Shown piece by piece: positions 24,475 to 35,962 of a DNA stretch of 64,000 nt. This DNA is from Antedon mediterranea (Eukaryota > Animalia > Echinodermata). Each line of letters begins with the position of its first letter. The stretch's first letter is position 1. Made by a program: the position numbers and the translations under genes. The notes under the pieces are model-generated. The model was not told where the DNA came from and made no database searches. It worked only from the letters and a program-made list of their open reading frames with translations. The stretch spans positions 23,485,175-23,549,174 of the forward strand of contig NC_092677.1 of the NCBI RefSeq assembly GCF_964355755.1, written 5' to 3'.

Positions 24475-26206
24475 TATGAATAAAGTGATCATTTAAATGA
24501 TGTAGACATGATGATACAAGATCTCATGAATAAAGTAAAGTGATCATCTCTTTTAAATTCATGTAGACATGGCAATACAAGATCTCATGAATGAAGTGAT
24601 CATCTTCTAAATTCATGTAGACATGGCAATACAAGATCTCATGAACGAAGTGATCATCTTCTAAATTCATGTAGACATGGCAATACAAGATCTCATGAAC
24701 GAAGTGATCATCTCTTCTAAATAATGTAGACATGATGATTCTACAAGATCTCATGAATGAAGTGATCATCTCTTCTAAATAATGTAGACATGATACAAGA
24801 TCCCATGAATGAAGTGATTACATCTCTTCTAAATAAGGTAGACATGATGATTCTACAAGATCACATGAATGAAGTGATCATCTCTTCTAAATGATGTACA
24901 CATGATACAAGATCTCATGAATGAAGTGATCATCTCTTCTAAATGATGTAGACATGATACAAGATCTCATGAATGAAGTGATCATCTCTTCTAAATGATG
25001 TACACATGATACAAGATCTCATGAATGAAGTGATCATCTCTTCTAAATGATGAAGAAATGATACAAGATCTCATGAATGAAGTGATCATTTCTTCTAAAT
25101 GATCTAGACATGATACAAGATCTCATGAATGAAGTGATCATCTCTTCTAAATTATGTAGAAATGATACAAGATCTCATGAATGAAGTGATCATCTCTTCT
25201 AAATGATCTATATATTATACACAACTTCAGGAATGAAATGATCATCTCTTCTAAATGATGTAAACATGATACAAGATCTCATGAAAGGAGTGATCATCTT
25301 TTCTAAATGATGCAGACATGATACAAGATCTCATGAATGAAGTTATCATCTCTTCTAAATGATGTAGACATGATGATTCTACAAGATCACATGAATGAAG
25401 TGATCATCTCTTCTAAATGATGCAGACACAATACAAGATCTCATGAATGAAGTGATCATTTCTTCTAAATGATCTAGACATGATACAAGATCTCATGAAT
25501 GAAGTGATCATCTCTTCTAAATAATGTAGACATGATGATACAAGATCACATAAATGGAGTGATCATCTCTTCTAAATTCATGTAGACATAGAAATACAAG
25601 ATCTAATGAATGAAGTGATCATCTCTACTAAATGATGTAGACATGATACAAGATCTAATGAATGAAGTGATCATCTCTACTAAATGATGTAGACATGATA
25701 CAAGATCTCATGAATGAAGTGATCATTTCTTCTAAATGATCTAGACATGATACAAGATCTCCTGAATGAAGTGATCATTTCTTCTAAATGATCTAGACAT
25801 GATACAAGATCTCATGAATGAAGTGATCATCTCTTCTAAATTATGTAGAAATGATACAAGATCTAATGAATGAAGTGATCATCTCTACTAAATGATGTAC
25901 ACATGATACAAGATCTAATGAATGAAGTGATCATCTCTTCTAAATGATGTAGACATGATACAAGATCTAATGAATGAAGTGATCATCTCTTCTAAATGAT
26001 GTAGACATGATACAAGATCTAATGAATGAAGTGATCATCTCTTCTAAATGTTGTACACATGATACAAGATCTAATGAATGAAGTGATCATCTCTTCTAAA
26101 TGTTGTACACATGATACAAGATCTAATGAATGTAGTGATCATCTCTTCTAAATGTTAGATATGGTGATACAAGATCTCATGAATGAAGTTATCATCTCTA
26201 CTAAAT
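24475..26206. repeat. ~52-bp tandem satellite, ~33 copies
   Basis: Unit ATGAATGAAGTGATCATCTCTTCTAAATGATGTAGACATGATACAAGATCTC. Decayed units also occur near 26590-26700 and 26885-26925. Confidence 0.97.
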
Positions 26207-27489
26207 CTCTTAGTTACAGAAGCTTATAACCATAGATCAAATTGAATTCTGCTAAAGTAATATTCAAATACCACTTGGTTTCTACACAGTTAAAAATACT
26301 CCATTGAATCTATTTTTGAAAATCGATTATGAAAATACATCTATATTACAAGGTGTTACATAGCTGTAGACGATACCGGTCCATCATTTCTCGTACCAAT
26401 AGGTTTTGTAACATCTTTTATCTAGCTGCCATTCAGTCACTGAATGCTTGTCAGTATACCGTATGAGAGTGATGTGACACTTTGAATTGTAATTGCGTTT
26501 ATTTATCTGTTTTTGTATATATCAGAGCAAACATAACTTCTATGTATGTTTTATATGCATATGACAATAAATGGAAATAATTTTCCGCTGATGAATGAAG
26601 TGTCATCTAATCTCTTATATGACATGACAAAATACAGGATCCTGTCATAACCATCTCTTCTAAACACAGACATGACAATATCCAGGAACTCATCTTCAGA
26701 TCTTCGCTGCTAAACCTCTTGTTTCTGATTTACTTTGTAACATGCTCCTTGTCAACATATTATTTTAACTAAAACTTAGATAGTTAAATAGTATGTTGTA
26801 TGTGTTGCTTCTCCGTTTTTGGACAACCTTCTTGTTTTTTTCAGTTTGATTGCTTGAGAGTGAATTGAATAATGTATACCTGAGTATGATAAATGAAGAC
26901 ATCTCATCTACTAAAGGATGTATATATTGTTTTTTAATTATCTATGACCTACCACAGCAAATATTTTTACTGTATTTGCAACATTGTATCAAATAAAATT
27001 TGACTAGTCTCTAACATCACAAGATTGTACCTGTGATGATGAGTGTGATGATGGTCTTAAAGGATTGTGAAAATTTGTTATAAATTCATCAGTTAATGTA
27101 CTCTGGAAATATTTTAAAGCCAATGAATCATCAGTAATCAGTAATTAGTAATTACTTGTATTTTTACAGTCACTCTTCGCTGAGATAAAAGGTGAGCAAG
27201 CGCTTCCGGAGAAAAAAAGTAATTCCTAAAAGACATCAAATTTTATAATGTTCTTTATAACATTATATTAGTCTGTTAGAAGACGCACAGTTCTCAAAAT
27301 GCTAAATTTAATTTCTGTAGTCCAATGAAAGTCAATTTAATTCAGTAAATAGAAAATGTCAGTAGTTTTTTACGTATCCCATTAAACATTCATTCTGCAC
27401 ATGCACAGATATTTCTGGTCATGCACAGAACGATATCCTTATGTTATTTATCTCCATTTAAGTTTGTACGTAATTGATCCGAATTTCTG

Positions 27490-27563
27490 TAGTAATTGAG
27501 TGGTAATTGAGTAGTAATTGAGTAGTAATTGAGTAGTAATTGAGTAGTAATTGAGTAGTAATT
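27490..27563. repeat. 11-bp minisatellite (GTAATTGAGTA)n
   Basis: Read directly from the sequence; ~6 copies. Confidence 0.9.
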
Positions 27564-28084
27564 TGAGGCACCTTCTTATACCTTATACCAACTCTCACAT
27601 GAGGGCCGATATTTTGGCTATTTCCCACGCATCCATAAAAATATTCAGAAAAAACATTTTGAAATTAACTATTTTGAAATAGCCTAGGACTGCACATTAT
27701 TTAATTGAATTGAGCATAATTAGCCTAGGCATACGTTTATTTGTATGTTATGATTGATGTAGTACAGGAAATCCAACTCAATATGTCGAAAAATTAAATA
27801 TAGAGGGCATCTTTGCGAATTTTTTGAGTTAAAATAACATAGAGGGGGTTATGTATTATTGTAATTGAATGTCTCACACATTGGCTACAGAAAAAGTTGG
27901 CAAGTATACCTTCTATTCTAACCATGTAGGGCTGTTAGGGAAGATTCTCACTCACTCCTACAGCCAAATCCTGCATCTTTCCCTACCTGATTTCAGTCAT
28001 TTGATCATGCAGTAGAATCTGTATACAAAGTTGTCCTAAATTATTGCTATTTTAAAGAAGATTATGATGCAATATGTTACTCAC

Positions 28085-28167
28085 CGGTGATTTCCCGCCA
28101 AAACAATAAGTGTCTTCAGTGACGAATGGTAAAATCCATCAACTAAATAATCAATAGAACAGGCATC
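28085..28167 (-). CDS. WDR89: WDR89 coding exon
   Basis: ttttgtag|GAT...CG|gtgagt, 83 bp, phase 0/2. Reads DACSIDYLVDGFYHSSLKTLIVLAGNH (human DALDYLIGGLYHEKTDTLHVIGG). Confidence 0.92.
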
Positions 28168-29077
28168 CTACAAAATTAAAATAATATTATTAAATTACAT
28201 AGCCTAGGAGGTTATATTTTTGTCTGAGATATTTGTGTGTGTGACGAATCTTTACTAAATTCACAGACATGACCATACTTCTGACTATATTTGACAGAAA
28301 ATTGAATTTGTTGGCATTATTTTTATTATTGTGAAATATCCAGATCTTTTATGTTTTACAGTTTGTGATTATATGAAAAGTATACAGATTGTACTTTAAA
28401 TGTTATCGATAACGATATGTTTAAAATTAATTAGTAATTTTATCAAATGTTCATGGTATTTGGGTATTTAAATTGAAAAGTTTTAGTGTACTTAAAAAAA
28501 TATATTTAAAATGAAATGAATTCTTTCCAAAATCATTTTCAATTCATCATAAAAATAAACAATATATATTAAATTACTAATCCGGTGTAATCTAATCCAA
28601 TTTACAGATTTTCAACTGTAGATGGTCTGTTAACATTACTAATGACAACTGCTAGTTGCTTATTTTGCATTTGCACTTACCATAGGAAATAGAGAACAGA
28701 TTGACCAATGGAAAGTGAATGCCAAATTAAGTGGATTTGTGTACTTTTTGTGATAAATGATTACACGTGCAGGTTCTTTAAAAAAATCTTGAATTATCAA
28801 AACTAGTTGAAAAACAGCTTTAGAATTCTTATATCATATACACCTGTATTGAATCTAATCCAATGGAAATGTACAGCAGAATTTAATCATAAGTATCTCG
28901 TCCTCGAATTACAAAAGTAGACAATAGTTTGACCGCGGCTGATGATACCACGCTAGCTAAAAATTAATCCTAAACGGTGAAGCGACTTATTAAGCAGGCT
29001 TAACAGTTAATTTCACTTATCATCAATTACCGAGTACCGAAGACGCAATTTAATCATGTGTGTTATAGTGTACTTAC

Positions 29078-29125
29078 CCCGGAGACAGATTCTCGAACGT
29101 CGTCAAATCTTGTTAAGATGTTTGA
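29078..29125 (-). CDS. WDR89: WDR89 coding exon
   Basis: ttttgttgcag|TCA...GGG|gtaagt, 48 bp, phase 0/0. Reads SNILTRFDDVRESVSG (human VTRLNIQDVRE). Confidence 0.88.
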
Positions 29126-29385
29126 CTGCAACAAAATAAATGTGCCAAGTCAGTATTAGGTTTTTCAAGAAAGGTTTTTATTTCTCATAAAAGTAATAAA
29201 TCATAAAAATATAACATTAATACTATAATTAAAAGAAAAAAAAAACCCTGAATCATTAAAAATAATATAATATATTAAAAAATAGTAGTTTATTTAGGGG
29301 ATGTCCAAATTGAACTTGATTAACTAAAGATAAGTCAAGGATAATCCACTAAGTCCTTGATTTATTTCAGGTGGTGAATTGGACA

Positions 29386-29478
29386 GTACCCCGGGTATGA
29401 AGAGTGTTACGGTACTTTAACATACACACAGGCAATGCAGCACACAGAACCAATGGCTTAATGTCTCATCTGAAAGAC
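29386..29478 (-). mobile_element. Deu/Nin-domain SINE fragment
   Basis: Minus strand GTCTTTCAGATGAGACATTAAGCCATTGGT...GTATGTTAAAGTACC...CCCGGGG resembles the Deu core (TTTCGGATGAGACGTTAAACCG...GTAAAAGATCCC). Confidence 0.55.
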
Positions 29479-30440
29479 AGTGCTCTATATCATAGAGATT
29501 ATAATAAAGTCACTACTACTACTCATGTTACACTAGTTAGTTAGTTAGTAAACTCATCAGAATACCGTTCAATTATTATTGTTTATAACGAATTGAAATT
29601 ATCAATTAGAAATGTTTAGTTGAATGGATTTAGTTATCCCATGAGGGAGTATTTAACGGATAACGATAGACTTAACACTACAGAGAAGAAAAAACTAATT
29701 TATTAAAAAAAGTAAAAACATGAAATAAATACCAACCTTCCCACCATCCCCAACGATTTTATATACATATACTAATAATTAAATTATTTAAAAGTTTAAC
29801 CCTTTGAAGAAATCGCCCGTATACCATACAGGGGTAATTTACTATCCCAGGATACGAGGCCCGTTTATTGCACTTTTTGAGCATTTGACTTTTGACCTAG
29901 GTAAAAAAATTTGTTTGTTGCAATCCAAAACATTTCACATAACAAAAAAACAACAATTGCAGAAAGGAAAAATACAACATCCACATTCAAGGGACACCAC
30001 TTTCAAGAGGACACTTTGTCTGTTGGGTCAAGAATGTGTCCTCTTAATGTACTCATAATTATATATTATAATTAAGCACTTTAAAAGTATAATTTGACTG
30101 ATATTAAAGATAGGCAGAATGCAATTTCTTAATCTAGCAATCATTTCCATCAAATTCAATTATTAAAAGAAAGTATTTATAATATAATTGACTATCCCGG
30201 GACTAAGCTACTCAACAATTGCTCTAGCATATAATTGATTAATAAACAAACCAATTTCAATCCAATGGTATGGATTAGCTAATAATCTGAATTCTGACGG
30301 TAAGATAAATCCCTAAATAATATATTGCAATTTAAAATTATTGGAAATATCCCTTTTGTCTTAGAGAACAGATTTCACCATGTATTGGACAATAGATATC
30401 CAAACCTTTAAAGTCATAGTTTTCAAAGAGTTTCTATATT

Positions 30441-30549
30441 TTGATATAAAGTTTGCGGACACCACATATATTAGTTCTGAAAAGAGAGAATAAAGAAAGT
30501 CCAGGACTTTCTGCATTCGCACTCCTGCGGACGATCAAAGCATATTGAT
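30441..30549 (+). mobile_element. Truncated copy of the hairpin-hammerhead element
   Basis: Has the left arm TTGATATAAAGTTTGCGG.CACCACATATATTAGTTCTGAAAAG, a mutated core CTGCGGA and stem II GATCAA-agcata-TTGAT. GAAA and the right arm are absent. Confidence 0.8.
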
Positions 30550-30928
30550 GTGTAAACTGACTTTGGGGTTGGGTCAACCGGCTCAGCTACAGTGAAGTTC
30601 ACTTAAGGTTGACCCTGGTCTCCCCAATTTCAGTTTTTGTTTGTTTTGTATATACTTAAATAGATCAAATAAATAATGAAATGAAATGAAATGATCAAAA
30701 CGTTCAATTATGACTTGTCTTGGAGAACAGATTTCACCATGTATTGGACAATAGACCAAGTTCAAGTTTAAAAAACATTTATTTGTTTAATAATGGCATA
30801 TTATTTTACAGTATAATACATAGGTATGTACATTATTTAAATGAACATGGTAATTAGCCATCATTTGGGGTCTTCTCTAGAAGAAATCAAGTGTATAGTC
30901 ATTTTCAAAGACTATAAGTTTCTATATT

Positions 30929-31107
30929 TTGATATAAAGTTTGCGGTACACCACATATGTTAATTGTGAAAAGAATGAAGAAAGTCCAGGACTTTCTGCA
31001 CTCTCACTCCTGAGGACGATCAAAGCATATTGAGCGAAACATCAAGAAACTCAACAGTTCTTTTCAGAACTAATATAGGTGGTGTACCGCAAACTTTATA
31101 TCAACAT
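30929..31107 (+). mobile_element. Hairpin-hammerhead element, decayed full copy
   Basis: Inverted arms TTGATATAAAGTTTGCGGTACACCAC and GGTGTACCGCAAACTTTATATCAA. The core reads CTGAGGA (31010-31016) C GATCAA-agcata-TTGAGC GAAAC ATC. Confidence 0.85.
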
Positions 31108-31368
31108 TTGACTTCACCATGCAAACCTTTAAACAATATATTTCTATATTTTACTTTCCCTTTTTTTACTTATTATTTTAGTATTTAATTTTACAATGAA
31201 CACAATACAATATGCATCATGTTATATTTGCACAGATAAGTTCGTTTTTTTTTTCTTTTTTATACAGTATTTGTTAGCTTTTATCCATCATTATTTTTAT
31301 ACTATTGTAAATCTTTTATGATGAATATTTAATTGAAAATTTAAATTAAAAATTGTATTCAAACTTAC

Positions 31369-31455
31369 TTCAACTGCATCCCAAATGAGCAACGTTTCTG
31401 TGTGTGTCAGACAATACAAGTACTCGCTGTTAGTTCCACACCAACCTATGTGACT
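31369..31455 (-). CDS. WDR89: WDR89 coding exon
   Basis: tctttattag|AGT...GAA|gtaagt, 87 bp, phase 0/0. Reads SHIGWCGTNSEYLYCLTHTETLLIWDAVE (human SCIGWSGKGYKQIYCMTHDEGFYWWD). Confidence 0.95.
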
Positions 31456-31609
31456 CTAATAAAGAAAAGACATATGTGATAATACTTTATATTTCCGAGT
31501 TCAAATTAGAATTAAAAAGAGAATAGTTGCAAGAAAGCAAAATACACTAAAACCAATATAAGTAAAGAAACAAATATTAGTTTAAAACAAAAATAAGAAA
31601 CATTTGTTA

Positions 31610-32284
31610 ACTAGAAAGCCACTTCGAGAGTGCATACCTCTGCCTACTGTAAAATTCTCCTTAAGATTTCTCCAGGAAATATATATATATTTTTGTGTGT
31701 CTTAATGTTGTTTGTGATTTAGGCTAATTTCACTACAAGCATGTGTATGCGAGTTTGGTGTAATGGTTTATGTAACAAGCCTTTCAATTAACAATAGCTT
31801 TGGTTGACTAACAATAGAACAGCAACACGAAAATTAAACGAGTGAATTTGAAAAGAAATAGGTTTTTTAAACTATTGGCATAAAAAAAGGTGCACATTAA
31901 ATCAAATTATGTTTTAAAATTACAAATCACAAATTATAATTCTTGCCTCTTGTACAAAAATGAAGTTTTTTGGACAAGTAGTTCTCGAGAAAATGCAATT
32001 TCAGTTTACTTGTTACTGCTCGCCAGCTTTTGAACAATTCTGTCCTATCTTTTAACACTAGCAGGTCTGTAAAGTATACTAAAAAGTGGTCCCGAATTGG
32101 GACCCTGGTCCGAAATGGTCCTAAAATTTAATGGAATGATCCTTTACCACATATCTATCTGTATATTAATTTTGGTAAAGATCTTGTAATTACTTTTTGA
32201 GGAATCCTGCTAACAAACAAACAAACAGAGAGACAAACAAACACATCGATCGATAAATACATGTACCTCCTTGGCAGAGGTAAA
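31610..32284 (-). mobile_element. Helentron-associated non-autonomous element (HINE/DINE-1-like), complete copy
   Basis: On the minus strand: 5' TACCTCTGCCAAGGAGGTA (subTIR plus hairpin), a GTTT/GTCT microsatellite, the inverted subTIR GGCAGAGGTA near the 3' end, stem-loop CACTCTCGAAGTG and CTAG-TT. There is no TSD and the flanks are T-rich. It is a paralogue of 1948-2615. Confidence 0.8.
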
Positions 32285-32858
32285 TAAATTAACATATATT
32301 ATTATTAATGAACAAGAAGAACATAAATGTGAAGCAACTTCATCTGGTTTAGATACCTTTCCTGCTATAATACTCTTACAGTAAATTTCATATTGTACGT
32401 TTCTTATTCTATTTAAATACAGAATGTGACTACCACATTGTTTTTTTTCACCTAGTTATGGCAGCTTTAACAAATTGGTTGCTTAGGTTATCAAGCTCCA
32501 AAGAATATCCTCTTTCAAATTGGACTTGCCGATTAAAATACCTTAAACATACTTTTGATCATTTTATTTTTTGTTTATGAATCTGAATGCTCTAGGCCAT
32601 TGCATTTTGCCTTTTAAAGATCTCAAACTTCTTATATTGGCTCAAACTAAAGAAAAAATTATCTTTTCTTTTCATTAAGGTTGCTACTTACCCACTTACT
32701 ATTGTATTTTACATTCTTACCAACATATTATTATAAAGCCTTGTAAAGTTTCTGTGGTTCGCTTGCTTGTTCTTTCCTTTCTGCTGTTTGTCTGTACAAC
32801 ACAACAATAAATTAGTTCTGATTCTACTTTTATAATATTTATTAAATCAACTTCATCT

Positions 32859-33845
32859 GCATGGAACGCCAAAAGGGTAACTTAGAATTGCATCAACTAA
32901 AGAATCAACTCAACTGAAAAATCACATGAGCTGGATCACAAATCTAATGAGCTACCACAAAATGAAAAAAGAGCAACCTAGCATTAAATATAACCTATAA
33001 ACAAAAAATATAAACTAAACTAAACATATACCCTATACAAAATTAACATTTTAATCAAATTATGCTGAAAAAGCAACCAGAACCATATAATTTGGAGAAT
33101 CACAACTATTAAAGAAATACCAAGCAATTGAATCAGTACAAATGTATCACATCCCAGCTTCAGAATAATTATACTAAAATAAAACTTCAACTAAAGAATT
33201 ACCTCAAATAAATGCCCATCTCAACTTTAAAATAATCTTATCTAAAGAATAATCTGAACTAAATGCCCATCTCAAAAAATAATCTCTGAGAGAGATTTTT
33301 AGTTGAGGAGAGTATTTAGTTGAGATTATTCTTTAGTAGAGATTATTCTTTAGTTGAGATTGTTCTTTAGTAGAGATTGTTCTTTAGTTGAGGCAAGAAT
33401 TTAGTTGAAATTATTCTTTAGTAGAGATTATTCTTTAGTTGAGGAAAGTATTTAGTTGAGATTATTCTTTAGTTGAGATTGTTCTTTAGTAGAGGCAAGA
33501 ATTTAGTTGAGCTTATTCTTTAGTAGAGATTATTCTTTAGTTGAAGAAAGTATTTAGTTGAGCTTATTCTTTAGTAGAGATTATTCTTTAGTTGAGGAAA
33601 GTATTTAGTTGAGCTTATTCTTTAGTAGAGATTATATTTTAGTTAAGGCAGGCATTTAGTTGAGATCATTCTTTAGTTGAAATTAATGTTTAGTTGAGAT
33701 TATTCTTTTAAGTGTTTAGTTGACGGTCCTGTAGTTGGTGATTTTTTATGTTCTTCTTTAGTTGAGGTGATTTTTTATGTTCTTCTTTAGTTGAGGTGAT
33801 TTTGTAGTTGGTATAATTTTAGGTTACCATTTTGACGTTCCATAC
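32859..33845. mobile_element. Foldback-type non-autonomous element with internal tandem arrays, 4-bp TSD
   Basis: TIRs GCATGGAACGCCAAAAGGGTAACTTAGAATT and revcomp GTATGGAACGTCAAAATGGTAACCTAAAATT, with ATCT on both flanks. TCAACTAAAGAAT repeats on the left face ATTCTTTAGTTGAG arrays on the right. Confidence 0.8.
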
Positions 33846-35830
33846 ATCTTTAGAAGGAATTCCGGAATAGAAATTTCCAGAATTCCCTTTTAAGCTGGAT
33901 AAAGCCCATTATCAAATTAGCAATAGTATGCGCTGTATACAGAGATCACAATTACCTTACTCCATATAGTAATGATGCACGCCACCATGACCTCTAGGCA
34001 ACAGCTCTCCTACTCAAATTGCTCTGTTTAAAATTCAGAACAGGAGGATATTCAACCTTACTGGTCATGGACTTTGGTATTTCTTGTTTAATCAAACTTG
34101 ACTGTTTATCCCCCTTTTAATACTAACCTTTACAATTGATCCTAATTTATTCTGTTGTTAAGTCTTAAAAATGTTAGAAAGCTTTCAATTTTGTTTTAAT
34201 GCTTTTAACATTAGGTGTATTTTTCTTTCTTAATTAAACCTGACTGTTATTTTTTTCCTCCTTGTTTTGCTGGTCCTCCTATTTGACACTAATTATTCAG
34301 TTAGGTCATTTAGGTTCCAATCAGAAAGCTTTTTATTTAAAAAAATCAGAATAGAAAGATTTATAATATTATACCACCTTGTTTTACTGGCCCTACTATT
34401 GAAACAAATTAATATTATTCTGTTAGGTCATTTGGTCTTCCAATAGAATATGAAATCCCAATTAGAAGATTTCAAGAACTCCATCATGATATGTTATATT
34501 TTGCTTAAGCTAAACTGTTCTTAAAACCTTATTTTTATCCTATTCAAACAAGCATTTAAATTTGGCGACAACCTGGACCTGGGACTTAGTGATGACATAG
34601 TTGATTGTCTTTGCAATTTAGAAAATAATTACCCGAAGTAATGTCGGTTTAAAGGCCAAGCCAGTAGCCAGGAATTTTATAAGGGGGTTCTTTTTTTCCA
34701 GAAGGGCACATCAAGGGTTTATTCTACCAAATACAACAAGCTACGTAAAAGGAAGTTTTAAACATTTAAAAAGTGATGGTCACACGAGATGCAAGGGGTA
34801 AAGTAAGCAGGGCCTAGAATGGTGAACCATTTTATTTTTTCCAGGCTTGTTGGGATCTCAGAAATTTGATTGTATGTGATCAATATCTTGATTCTTGGAC
34901 ATAAAAATCATTCATTTATAATTGATAATTAGTAGGACTTGGTGATCACAAGTTGGAAAAAGTTAGTTGGATTTACAGCTGATCACCTAATTTGTATAGG
35001 TTCAGGTTGTTGTGAAATCAAAGACTCTTGAATGAATATTAACTACTCCAAACAATATAAAAAATATTTACCTTACCTAATAATATTTTAAAAAAGACTT
35101 AACTGGAAATAAGAAAAAAATCATTTTATTTAGATATTCATTTACAAACACAGTTTTCTATAACCACTAAGTTGAGAAAAAGCCTATGGCTTGTTTTGAA
35201 TAATTTGTTTAGAATATACTATATCTTGTATATTTTCAGTTTTACATTCAGTACATGTTAGTACATACAATTAACAGACAACGAAATGAAAAATAACACA
35301 TTGAACAAAAAATTAATAGAAAATGAATAACAAATATAGATGTTGTAGATTAGAAACAAAATATTATTAATTACTATAGCAATTAAAGTTTGGTAAATTA
35401 TGATTATTATATGAATGCTTTTATGTTGAATAATCAATTACTTGAATGTGTTTTATAGATACTTAAACAAAATTGCATTTTTGTTCAAGTGTCTAGAACA
35501 CACTGTACATATCCATTCAAGTAAAATTAGCCACTGAGACAATTTTTTCAGATGTGTATAGGCTGGTAATGGTAGGTACTAAGTACTAAAAGACTAAATT
35601 GTGATATAATATTTTATTTCATAGGCTATCTCTGAATCATCGGTTCAGCTAGGCCTAGCTTTATCCACAAATCTACTCCAAAAAATGTCTTTAGAAGGCT
35701 TAGTTTATTTAAAAATTGTGTACTTCTTGTGAATGGTATCAGAGAGTGATTTTATTTTCTATCCTTAGCTGTGGACCCATAATGATATGTTTAAAATCAT
35801 CCTCTAAATAATCATTAATGAATAACTTAC

Positions 35831-35962
35831 CACAGATGATTCAGAATTTAGCGTGGTCACAAGTGCATCATCCTCGCTTTTCTCGCAAATGTCAAAAACA
35901 CAAACTAGACCATCAGTTGACCCTGTTGCAAGGCTATTTGCTTTTGTTGGATGGAATTTTAC
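35831..35962 (-). CDS. WDR89: WDR89 coding exon
   Basis: ttatgcag|GTA...GTG|gtaagt, 132 bp, phase 0/0. Reads VKFHPTKANSLATGSTDGLVCVFDICEKSEDDALVTTLNSESSV (human VRFHPSNPNMVVSGSSDGLVNVFDINIDNEEDALVTTCNSISSV). Confidence 0.97.
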
